From NCBI RefSeq assembly GCF_009914755.1, contig NC_060939.1: DNA of 64,000 nucleotides. One strand, written 5' to 3'. Shown piece by piece: positions 1-11,665 of this stretch (the first letter of the stretch is position 1; each line of letters begins with the position of its first letter). The notes below the pieces were generated by a model. The model made no database searches and had not been told where the DNA came from. It saw only the letters and a list, made by a program, of their open reading frames with translations. Made by a program: the position numbers and the translations under genes. The DNA comes from the human T2T-CHM13v2.0 reference genome, Homo sapiens.

Positions 1-404
1 GACTGCCTTCAGGCTGGGCCAAGGTAAAAGTCAGAATTAGCAGTAAAATAGCCACTGTGTTCCTAAAAAATGTTTTATTTGTTTATTTTACATCTTCTGT
101 AATGCAGAGTCAATTCCATTTCTCCATTATAGAGAACATAGCTTATTCCCCTAATTATAACAGGGTGAGATTTCTCAATACCCAACCTGAGATGCTGGCT
201 ACAATATATGAGCATTCTGGCATTTATCATTTAGAAATAGTGTATTACTTTAAAACCTAAATTTCTTTTGAAGTTTATCACCATTTTATTCGAATTATTT
301 TAATCCAAAAGTAAATTTAGCAGAATACTTTGGAGTGATTTCTTTGTTTATATAATGCTTATTTTTGTTTTTTGACCTGTTTTTTTTTTTCTTTTCCATC
401 TAAG

Positions 405-667
405 TTTCTTGACCCAATCACTGGAACCTTTCGTTATTATCATTCACCCACCAACACTGTTCATATGTACCCACCGGAAATGGCTCCTTCATCTGCACCT
501 CCTTCCACCCCTCCAACTCATAAAGCCAAGCCACAGATTCCTGCTGAGCGGGATAGGGAACCTTCCAAACTGAAGCGCTCCTACTCCTCCCCAGATATAA
601 CCCAGGCTATTCAAGAGGAAGAGAAGAGGAAGCCAACAGTAACTCCAACAGTTAATCGGGAAAACAA
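405..667 (+). CDS. USP8: USP8 internal coding exon (exon 14 in usual numbering): FLDPITGTFRYY...LKRSYSSPDIT...PTVNREN(K)
   Basis: Poly-T tract and AAG acceptor (402-404), AA|gtatgt donor at 668; 263 nt; translation contains the RSYSSP 14-3-3 motif and is recognisable as human USP8. Confidence 0.97.
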
Positions 668-1909
668 GTATGTTTATCTTAACTCCTAGAACTAAAATAA
701 TGTGCTGTATTTCAAAGTTTCTACTCTGAATCTGTCAGTATGTTAGTGTCAGGGAGTTGGAAATTTCTGTGGATGGCTATACCAGCCGTTATTATTTACC
801 ACAGAGAACAAAACAAATGAATAGAGAAAATGTTGTTGGTTTTTCTCCCAAGTGCTCACTTAATATCATACCAGAGAGGATTATTTTAAGTGTTAATGTA
901 GATATAAAATCATTGTTATGTTTTACAGTTTCATGCCAGAGTACCCTCACGTTTTTCATAGACCGCCTGTGGTCCCGGAATCTCCCTTTGAGGACCATAA
1001 TTTTCAGCAATATTGAGCTTGCCTTGTTGCAGCACTCAAGTTCCAAACTTTTTTTCCCCTTAGCCAATAATGTAAGCGAAGTTTTCCTATAGTATTAAAA
1101 TAACAAGCACTTTAGTATATCATCCTCTAATCCTTATTCTGTTCCCTTTTCCTTCGTTGTAGTTTTGCTATTCTGTTTACAAATATTGACCAATAGGTTA
1201 GGTTTCCCAAAATAGTTTCATTTAGCTATACTTCTGGCTTCGTCCCTTTTGGAATCCTCTTAGCTTATGACTGATAGGGCTATGAGGAGATGATTTAAGT
1301 CTGTGTACCACTTCTAATCTTTACTTACTTTTTTGGGAGGAGGGGGGCAATAGGTGGAAGTATAAATAAATGATTTTTTTCCCATTTATTATACACTTGT
1401 ATTTGCTAAGGAATTTTAATTAGGCTCTTTTAAGCCTAATCCTAAGTAAGTTGAACACATCCTAAGAAAGTTGAAATTTTTTCTTCCTGAGAACTTACCC
1501 TGCCAGGTGCAGACTTATTCGAAGGAGCTTTTAAAAATTCTATTAATCTTGTTATAGATTTTAGAGTTCATTATAATAACTAGTGAGATTTAATTTCTTC
1601 TTGAATCATTCTTAAGTGTGTTAATTTGATAATGTTTTAAGGACTGTATGCTGTTTGTGTATTTTTTTATATATTGAACAGAAAAAGCACACGAGTACAT
1701 GCACCTGAGTACAGGTAAAGAGGAGCTGATTGAAATATAGTTTAATCTGTTCTCAGTATTACTTTTAGGGGTGGAAGAACGTTAAGGATTAATTAAAAAA
1801 GAAAAAAGACCTATCAGTTAAGATTTTCCTTATGCTTCAGCAGTTCTAGTAGTTCCACATATAAATCAAACACACCATATTACAGAAGTCTAGAAGGCAT
1901 TCTCTGCCC

Positions 1910-2358
1910 CAGCACTGTCCAGCAGATCTTTCCATGGTGATAGAAATGTACTGTATCTGTGCTGTCCAGTATGGTTTGTGTCTACTTTGAAACGTGATTA
2001 GTGCAACTAAGGAATTTTTTTTTTTTGAGACGGAATCTCACCCTGTTGCCCAGGCTGAAGTGCAGTGGCATGATCTCAGTTCACTGCAACGTCTGCCTCC
2101 TCAAGCGATTCTCCTGCCTCAGCCTCCTGAGTAGCTGGGACTATAGACGTCCACTATCATGCCCAGCTACTTTTTGTATTTTTAGTAGAGACGGGGTTTC
2201 ACCATGTTGGCCAGGCTGGTCTCAAACTCCTGACCTCAGGTGATCTGCCCACCTCGGCCTCCCAAAGTGGTGGGATTATAGACAGCCATTGAGCCCAGCT
2301 GGAACTGTATTTTTTTACTGTGATTGTGTATCCATCCGTGAATAGTCAACACACTCTA
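1910..2358. mobile_element. MER3-like hAT DNA transposon remnant interrupted by an antisense AluS (about 2016-2300)
   Basis: cagcactgtcca...tatctgtgctgtccagtatgg matches the MER3/MER33 terminus; Alu in reverse orientation. Confidence 0.7.
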
Positions 2359-2842
2359 GAATTTAAGTAATAGTACCCAAATAACCTCTGCTTCCCTTGA
2401 TATCTACTCCACGGTATGGTTTTTTTTGTTTTTGTTTTTATTTTTTTATTATTCCTCATTTGGCATTCTGGGTGAGTTCAAACATTTGATAATGCCAAAC
2501 TTCCAGGGATCATTTAAAGGAGTTTAAAAGAGCCTTCTCTACTAGAGCTCCTAGTTCATGAGAAGTGAGATAATCTATCTCAAGGTGTCTCTAAGAACCA
2601 TGACCCACATTAAGAGGTTAAAGGTATGTGTTTCATGGGAAGGTCTGAGACCTTAGTCGTATGACTAATGTTAACCTAAATATTAAATGTCCTGGAAGGC
2701 CCAGCATCTTATGAGTTAACATATTAACTGTTTACAAGATGCCTGTGGTACAGGTGCTACAGTTTGCTGCCATTTATAGTATAGAACCTTAATTTCATAT
2801 GCTCAGCATTTTAAGACATCTTGTATCCTTTTTCTTCCTCAG

Positions 2843-3055
2843 GCCAACATGTTATCCTAAAGCTGAGATCTCAAGGCTTTCTGCTTCTCAGATTCGGAAC
2901 CTCAATCCTGTTTTTGGAGGTTCTGGACCAGCTCTTACTGGACTTCGTAACTTAGGAAATACTTGTTATATGAACTCAATATTGCAGTGCCTATGTAACG
3001 CTCCACATTTGGCTGATTATTTCAACCGAAACTGTTATCAGGATGATATTAACAG
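2843..3055 (+). CDS. USP8: USP8 exon with Cys box ([13 protein letters not shown]; catalytic Cys codon 2964-2966)
   Basis: ttcctcag| acceptor, AG|gtaaat donor; 213 nt; phases join the flanking exons in frame. Confidence 0.98.
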
Positions 3056-3115
3056 GTAAATACATGTCATACTTTTTGCATTATAATGCTAAAAGGATGA
3101 TCTAACCATATTTAC

Positions 3116-3424
3116 TGTCTTAGTCCATTAGTTTTCTGCTGCTATAACAAAATACCTAAGACTAGATAATTTGTAAAGAACAAAAATTTATTTTCTCTTA
3201 GTTCTTGACTGGGAAGGCCATCGTCTAGGTGCCGGCATCTGGTGCGCTTTTTTGCTGCATCCTCACAGGGTAGAAGGTGGAAGCGAAAGAGGACAGACTC
3301 GTCCTGTCGAGCCCTAAACGGCACCTAATCCTGTTCACCCGGGAGGGGAGCCCTCATGGCCTTATCACCTCTTTAAAGGCCCCATCTCTTAATCCTGTCA
3401 CATTGGCAACACCTGAATTTTGGA
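3116..3424 (-). mobile_element. ERVL-MaLR solo LTR (MST/MLT1A-type)
   Basis: tgtcttagtccat...gctataac...aatacc...aatttatttt...cacctctttaaaggccccatctcttaat; LTR poly(A) signal AATAAA on - strand at 3192-3187. Confidence 0.8.
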
Positions 3425-3435
3425 ATATTTGACGT

Positions 3436-4144
3436 GAATCTGGTGGTAACCTATGAATAAGTAAGCATTTTGGTGTAGGGCTACAGTATGTGAATAATTT
3501 CATGTTGACATCAAGAACCCATTTTACCTTTCAAACCATAGTACTTACCACTCAGCTCCAGAAAAGTCAAATTAGGAAAGGGGAAAATATCTTTATCCTT
3601 AGGAATAATGAAGGCTGGGCATGGTGGCTCACACTGGTAATCCTAGCACTTTGGGAGGCTGACGTGGGCAGATCACTTGGGGCCCAGGAGTTTGAGACCA
3701 GTCTGGGCAACAAGGCAAAACTCCGTCTCTACAAAAATTAGCTAGGTGTGGTGATACATGCCTATAGTCCCTGCTACTTGGGAGGCTAAGGTGGGAGGAT
3801 CACCTGAGCCCAGAAGGTCAAGGCTGCAGTGAGCCGTGATTGTGCCGCTATACTCCACCAGCCTGGGTGACAGAATGAGACCCTATCTCAAAAAAGAGTA
3901 AAGCCTTCTCTGATTAGTAAAGGACAGACAGGATGAGAGCAGTGCCAGAAGGCAGAACCTCGCTGTCATGAACTGGAGCCTGTTGATGATGAGGAGACCA
4001 TGCAGGGCTTGCAGCCAAAAGAAGGAAGCTGAAGGGATGTAAGCAAGTCAGATTCAGATGAGAATCTGGTGGTGAGCCTGCAAATAAATAAGTAGTTTAA
4101 TGTAGTGCTACAGTATGTGAATAATTTCATGTTGACATCAAGAA
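3436..4144 (+). repeat. Local ~83-nt direct duplication (3436-3517 and 4062-4144) flanking an AluJ (about 3613-3896)
   Basis: 38 nt identical (3480-3517 = 4107-4144); 5' halves diverged. Confidence 0.9.
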
Positions 4145-4211
4145 TCTACTGTACCTTGCTTAACTTTTAAATTTCCTTTATTGTCTTTTGTAACAACTTT
4201 TATTTGCACAG

Positions 4212-4422
4212 GTCAAATTTGTTGGGGCATAAAGGTGAAGTGGCAGAAGAATTTGGTATAATCATGAAAGCCCTGTGGACAGGACAGTATAGATATATCA
4301 GTCCAAAGGACTTTAAAATCACCATTGGGAAGATCAATGACCAGTTTGCAGGATACAGTCAGCAAGATTCACAAGAATTGCTTCTGTTCCTAATGGATGG
4401 TCTCCATGAAGATCTAAATAAA
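4212..4422 (+). CDS. USP8: USP8 exon with QQDSQE box
   Basis: tttgcacag| acceptor, AAA|gtaaga donor; 211 nt; SNLLGHKGEV...QQDSQELLLFLMDGLHEDLNK. Confidence 0.98.
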
Positions 4423-4714
4423 GTAAGAAATTTGATTTTTCTAAGTTGCAGAGACTCTTTAGGGTTGCTCAGTAGCACTGTATTTTTATAGCAGTTTAAA
4501 ATTCTAGTTGGTGATAGTTCAGTGCTTGTTTATTCAAATAGTGACTGTATAAGAGAATTATAAAACATCAGGTAAGTGTAATATTTGAAGCATATACAGT
4601 TGGTATTTACTAATTAACAAGCAGTATTGCTGAGAAATTTGCAAATGTTAAAATAGTTATTGGCGTTTGTGACCCACATGTATGTGAAAGTAAAATCATA
4701 AACAAATGATCTTA

Positions 4715-5179
<465 letters not shown>

Positions 5180-5331
5180 TTACTCCATGTAACCAAATGA
5201 CTCATGTGACTAGTTATTATAAAGGCATGTATGTATACATAAATGACCACCCTCCATTTACATACTACAACTTCTTTTTAGCACTTTTTGTCTCACATAT
5301 TTTGGGGTCACCATTCTTAACCACTGAACAG

Positions 5332-5455
5332 ATATATATATATATACACACACACCTACACAAAAATATTTGTGTATATATATATACGTGTATATATACA
5401 TACATATATACACATATATATACACATACATATATACATATATAGAGAGAGAGAG
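5332..5455. repeat. Compound (TA)n/(CA)n/(GA)n microsatellite
   Basis: Direct reading. Confidence 0.9.
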
Positions 5456-5527
5456 GCTAGGGCAACAAAATTATATATGTCCAGTTGTAGCCCTAATTCC
5501 CAGCTATATGTGGGATATCTTTTCTAA

Positions 5528-5698
<171 letters not shown>

Positions 5699-5931
5699 TA
5701 AATAAAAATTTGGGAAATTTCAACAAGTCACATTCCTTCAATAAAGTGAGTGAGTTTTTTTTGGTATTTTTGGCTAGAATTATTTTTTGCCACACTCAGT
5801 GAGATCAGAACTCCTTTATGAGAACTACAGGTGTTTCTAAATCTGGCAAGTGTTTGTATTCACTTTTATTCTTTCAATTTAAATGTTTTCTTTGAGATAT
5901 TAATATAGAGCTTAAATCATTTTATTTCCAG

Positions 5932-6168
5932 GCTGATAATCGGAAGAGATATAAAGAAGAAAATAATGATCATCTCGATGACTTTAAAGCTGCAGAACAT
6001 GCCTGGCAGAAACACAAGCAGCTCAATGAGTCTATTATTGTTGCACTTTTTCAGGGTCAATTCAAATCTACAGTACAGTGCCTCACATGTCACAAAAAGT
6101 CTAGGACATTTGAGGCCTTCATGTATTTGTCTCTACCACTAGCATCCACAAGTAAATGTACATTACAG
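5932..6168 (+). CDS. USP8: USP8 exon ADNRKRYKEE...FQGQFKSTVQCLTC...SKCTLQ (missing from the ORF track)
   Basis: tttatttccag| acceptor, CAG|gtaagt donor; 237 nt open frame; first CxxC of the fingers zinc ribbon. Confidence 0.97.
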
Positions 6169-6282
6169 GTAAGTTTAAGAAGTAGAGAGAAAATGATTTA
6201 TTGGATAAAAATGCTGTTTTTATGGATATAGAGATGTAAATTTCTGGTCTTTACCCTTACAAACATTTTATCAGTAAAACTC

Positions 6283-6582
<300 letters not shown>

Positions 6583-6959
6583 ACCTTTTATCAGTAAAAC
6601 TCAATATAAATTCTGTTTTATAATTAGGCCTATGTAGATTAGAAAGAATTAGAAATTTCTTTTTTAAAGATACCTTTATTAAATATTCTTTCAGGATTTC
6701 AGGATTGTTAGTATGTTTTTAAAAAGTTTTATAAGTTAATTTGGAAAGTTGTCTGTTGACTAACTTAGGCCTACTTTTCATAAGCATTTGCTTTACATGG
6801 GGATATCAAATAAATATCCTGTTTTCCATGTATCAACAATGTTTCTTATATAAAAGCTTGTTGATACCTTTAGTCTTAAAGTACCTCCAGAATGTCATTT
6901 CCTCCAACAGGGTTTCTCTGATTGACCAGGTTAGGGGCTTTCCTGTGTCCTGTCACAAC

Positions 6960-7142
6960 ACACTGTAGGTAGCACTCACCACACTCTGTGCTGTCATTGT
7001 TCACTTGTCTATGCTTCTCACTAGATCACAAGCTTTGGGAAGGCAGGAACTCTTTTGTGTAGATTGCTGTTGAATCACTGGTGCCTGCAGAGTGACTAAC
7101 TAAATAGGTGCTCTCTGACATTATTGAAGAATCGAATTAACG
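6960..7142 (+). mobile_element. L2 3' end remnant just upstream of a USP8 acceptor
   Basis: cactagat..aagct..gaaggcagg...gtgcctg...aaataggtgctc pattern. Confidence 0.6.
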
Positions 7143-7171
7143 AGTATCTGCTACTTGTTTTTTTCTGCCAG

Positions 7172-7314
7172 GATTGCCTTAGATTATTTTCCAAAGAAGA
7201 AAAACTCACAGATAACAACAGATTTTACTGCAGTCATTGCAGAGCTCGACGGGATTCTCTAAAAAAGATAGAAATCTGGAAGTTACCACCTGTGCTTTTA
7301 GTGCATCTGAAACG
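7172..7314 (+). CDS. USP8: USP8 exon DCLRLFSKEE...YCSHC...LPPVLLVHLK(R)
   Basis: ttttctgccag| acceptor, CG|gtaaag donor; 143 nt. Confidence 0.98.
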
Positions 7315-8424
7315 GTAAAGGGGAAAGTTTGTCCTCCTGTTCAGTGAAATTAAATGAGGGAATTTTAAGTTCTGTGTAATTTATACTTGTTGTACTGCCT
7401 GCCATGGGCACATAACAAAGGGCGATTATCTGGTTACAGTAGATCTAGGGAAATAAAGCAGAAATGAGACTGTTAGTTCACCTCAGTGTTTTCAGTACCA
7501 CAGCAAAATGACAATACCACTATTTCATGTAATTCCTTATAATTTTAAATAATTACAAAGCATCAAGTGAAAATGTATAAAAATATTACAGTATAATTCA
7601 AACAAATTAGCACATGAAATGTAACATTCAAACAGCAGACTAAAGCATAACAGACTTAGTTATGTGTTAAATAAAATTTATAATTTTTAAAGTATTTTAA
7701 TGATAAAATATGTTAACGATACCATTAAGTGCAGAAATAATTTCATCCAGATTTTTCCAATTGATGGAAAAGATCTAGTCCTATAATAGAAGGAATAATG
7801 ACAAGAGTTATAAAACACGAACCAGATCTTTTGCTGATTCTTTGGTCTTCACATAATCACATAATCCATGTAACTCAAGAACTTTGAGTTGATTATTTGA
7901 AAAACTTTTTAAAGGAAGTTGCACTTTTTTATTGAGAGCTGTAATTTTTGTGTCAAAAAAGCATTTCTGTTAAAAATGTTTTATCTTGTATTGAGATTCT
8001 TAGTTCCATATATTAATTTCCAAATTTACATGTTCAGATTTCTCTTGTGTAAATTTTTCTAACAAAAGCTAGTTTTTTCCATTGTCCTAGTTGAGGATTC
8101 TGGAAGTATAAACATTCTATAAGTGATTACACATTTGCTAAAATTTTTAATGCTGAATATTTTCAAAATTATGAAATAACCATATTACACCAACCAAGAT
8201 ATCATTGTTTTGATGTTTAAAGGAGCAGAATATGCCAGAATAATGGAATTAATGACATTATTTTAGTCAGTAGTCTCCTACTCTCAATTTCTGGCTCTAG
8301 TTTTCTCTGAAGTACAAGCTTGACTCGAGAGCAGCTGTCATTCTTTCTTTTGTGGTGGTCAGCATTATAAACATGTGGGTCTTACCTTCCTAGAAGACTC
8401 ATGTAGCAGTTGTAGCTGGACCAG

Positions 8425-8520
8425 AGTATAGTCCTACCTCTACCATTCTGGCTGTTTGACCTTAGGCACATCATTAAATATCCATATGCCTCAGTTTTCT
8501 TGTTTGTAAAATGGAAATGA
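8425..8520 (+). mobile_element. MIR core
   Basis: gctgtttgaccttaggca...gcctcagttttcttgtttgtaaaatgg. Confidence 0.6.
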
Positions 8521-8678
8521 AGCCAAATGTCTTTAACAGGTTCCTCTACTACTAAAATTCCAAGTCTTTGTATTTGAAATGGATTTTACAGTCCTGGCTA
8601 AAAATCTAGATGTTAATGAATGAGGATTCATCCTGGTATCTTCCTCTGTCAGTGTAATTGTAATGTTTTGTTCTGCAG

Positions 8679-8811
8679 TTTTTCCTACGATGGCAGGTGG
8701 AAACAAAAATTACAGACATCTGTGGACTTCCCGTTAGAAAATCTTGACTTGTCACAGTATGTTATTGGTCCAAAGAACAATTTGAAGAAATATAATTTGT
8801 TTTCTGTTTCA
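8679..8811 (+). CDS. USP8: USP8 exon FSYDGRWKQK...YNLFSVS
   Basis: ttctgcag| acceptor, TCA|gtaagt donor; 133 nt. Confidence 0.98.
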
Positions 8812-8985
8812 GTAAGTATCTCTTTGAACTGAAGACTTTTTGTTTCAAAGCAAGTTTAAAAAAAGTTTTAAGTGGTTTCCTACCTCATGGAAGAGTAAGA
8901 ACAACATAAAGCTTTGAAACTATTGGCGTATTTTAAATAACAATTTTAACTGAATTGATTTTTTTTTCTATCTTGTTTGGCACAG

Positions 8986-9171
8986 AATCACTACGGTGGG
9001 CTGGATGGAGGCCACTACACAGCCTATTGTAAAAATGCAGCAAGACAACGGTGGTTTAAGTTTGATGATCATGAAGTTTCTGATATCTCCGTTTCTTCTG
9101 TGAAATCTTCAGCAGCTTATATCCTCTTTTATACTTCATTGGGACCACGAGTAACTGATGTAGCCACATAA
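8986..9171 (+). CDS. USP8: USP8 last coding exon with His box (NHYGGLDGGHY; His 9013-9015; WFKFDD Asp 9064-9066), stop TAA
   Basis: ggcacag| acceptor; translation ends ...AAYILFYTSLGPRVTDVAT*. Confidence 0.98.
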   Translation, partial: NHYGGLDGGHYTAYCKNAARQRWFKFDDHEVSDISVSSVKSSAAYILFYTSLGPRVTDVAT

Positions 9172-10657
9172 GGAGACATAGGTTATAAACTAGTTATCTT
9201 TTAAAAGGCTCAGCAACACAACTCTTGAAATGCTTATCAGGATAATGGTAGCTATAGCTGGCCATTTAGAGGAATTCTAGGACAGTGGGAGCTGTGTTAC
9301 TAGCACTATATAATTCCGGTCAGTGCTGACAAATAACATTTAACAAGTATTGCAGTAATCATCACTTACAGGTACCATTTATTTCAAAACAACTTTTTTA
9401 GTCTGCTCCAAAGTTAAAATAATTAACTAGCTAAGCATTATTATTCGACTGGTCTAAAAACTATTGTTATCTTTTTTTTTTCCTTTTCACTGTTATGGCC
9501 TTTTCACATTTCTAAATCCCATCTTGATATACTATGAATACTCTAGAATGATGTAAAGCAGATAGGAATGTATGTGTACATATTTATTGCATACTTGCAC
9601 ATCAAATCGATGTACATAGTTTAACACGTGGTCCTTTTGTGAAACCTAGAACTCAGAGGATTGCTTTTTTTCTTTCAGCCTATTTTGAGTTAACTTCAGT
9701 GCTTTCTTAGGGAAATGACAGGGCAAAGCAATTTTTCTGTTGGCTTTGGGCTGTATTTGTGCACTAAATCTTTATTCTAAAAAAAAAAATGGAAACTTTA
9801 ATTTTTTTAAAACGAGAATTTCATTTACAGCTACATTAAAATCTTAATGAGAAAAATAATTTATAACCCTGTGGGTGTTCTGTCTTTAATATTGTATTAT
9901 CAAATATAGGACAGTAAAACCATAGATTTTATATACACACGTGCTATATAATAACACCCAGAGTCATTCTTTCAAGACTAGTATTCTCACATATTGAGAA
10001 TATTCATTCTAAATATTAAAGTAAAAATGCCGGGAGTCAGGCATGATTGCAAAGTGAACTGCATTATAAACTACATCTTTACAGAGTGATGTATTAAGAG
10101 GGTTAAAGGAGCTTATAATTTATTTAACCGAGGGACTCAGTTGCTATATATATAGTCAGTAAAACACTCCATATAAAAATAAGATTCTAAAAGTGCTTCA
10201 GAAAGAGACCACCATTAGCAGGCTCTCAGGGAGAAGATGAAAGGATGGGGTTCAAATTGTGAAGCTGACAACTTTTCATGTTTTACAATTAGTCTAAGAG
10301 ACCACTTCTTGGCTAAATTATTATATCAAATATATTCAAATCATATTCTTAAACTCATCGAGCCATTTGAACAAAAATTATTTTTGTTTAGCTTCATGAG
10401 TATCTTTGGAAAATAATTTGTTGAATATATATGATTATGAGATATTTTCTGATAAACACTGAATTTTGAAACCTGAACTCACTATATAATTGCAGTGTTT
10501 TGAAGGCCTGCATCCATTAGCATTGCATTATATTCACACTGCCTTTTTTAGTGAACCAAGACCCATCTTCTGGACGACAGATTTATCTTAAGATGAAAGG
10601 TTGTATAACATGCCCACAAGGCATAAAAATGTTAATGATGCAAGTAAGTTCTAAGAG

Positions 10658-10663
10658 TTTAAT
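10658..10663 (-). terminator. Candidate USP50 poly(A) signal ATTAAA
   Basis: tttaat on the + strand, about 190 nt past the USP50 stop. Confidence 0.45.
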
Positions 10664-10737
10664 GACCAAGCAAAACTCTACCACCAGATGCTGACTGCTT
10701 GTTTTGCAGTGTTCAGGAAACACCATTTTCCTGGCTC

Positions 10738-10851
10738 TTAACGCTTTTGTATTGGTATGGAAAAGGGCTGGCAGCTATAGAACAGGAGATCCATAGCATT
10801 TTGAACAGAAGTATCTGGAATCTCACTGACTCGTGTGTTATCAAAGCTATA
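10738..10851 (-). pseudogene. USP50: Untranslated relic of the USP50 C-terminus ([37 protein letters not shown])
   Basis: 37 in-frame codons after the TGA align to USP8 WFKFDDHEVSDIS...AYILFY. Confidence 0.9.
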
Positions 10852-10920
10852 TCAGGCCTGGGTGACTGAATTCTTGCAGAAAGCAGTGTAGTGGCCACCA
10901 TCCAAATCACCAAAATGGTT
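10852..10920 (-). CDS. USP50: USP50 last coding exon NHFGDLDGGHYTAFCKNSVTQA*
   Basis: cctttctcccatag| acceptor with a TACTAAG branch-like site (10950-10944); His box; TGA at 10854-10852; exons sum to 1005 nt = 334 aa plus stop. Confidence 0.95.
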   Translation of the reverse strand, partial: NHFGDLDGGHYTAFCKNSVTQA

Positions 10921-11139
10921 CTATGGGAGAAAGGAATGTCAAACTTAGTATTCACATATGAACACTAACTACTGGAACAGAAATGATAGGGCCAAGAGAT
11001 GCTTTTTAAATTGTCCCTTATTCTAAATTAAAAGGAAGTGATAATTTTGTTGTTAAATCATGCATATAGCCTGACTGCTATATTGCTTCTCATTTCATTG
11101 TAACTACTTATATGTTGTGCCCATTGACTATCATCTGTG

Positions 11140-11145
11140 AATAAA
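11140..11145 (+). terminator. Candidate USP8 polyadenylation signal AATAAA
   Basis: First canonical hexamer seen after the stop codon; TGTA upstream and T/GT-rich sequence downstream; Alu-dense DNA begins just after. Confidence 0.7.
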
Positions 11146-11260
11146 GAAAGACAATATTTAGCAGCATCTGATTAATGTTTATCAGTGAACATTTAGTTAG
11201 CACTTAATATACATCAACTATTAAGCATTAAAGGAAATTTTACAATAAGAAGATAATTCA

Positions 11261-11665
<405 letters not shown>

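Larger units (their letters stand above)
9172..11165 (+). other. USP8: USP8 3' UTR (to first canonical AATAAA; end approximate, longer isoforms possible)
   Basis: AT-rich sequence with no recognised repeats after the stop; ATTAAA at 9835-9840, 10015-10020 and 11027-11032; AATAAA at 11140-11145. Confidence 0.75.

Noticed and set aside
757-1092. Overlapping 111-aa (+) and 91-aa (-) ORFs
   Set aside because: Intronic, no recognisable motifs and no supporting splice structure
10852-10854. USP50 TGA as a selenocysteine codon
   Set aside because: Aligns to a conserved Trp rather than Cys, and I saw no SECIS-like element downstream (not computed)
10713-10955. 80-aa minus-strand ORF over the USP50 last exon
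   Set aside because: Different frame from the His-box frame, starts in the intron and has no USP motif
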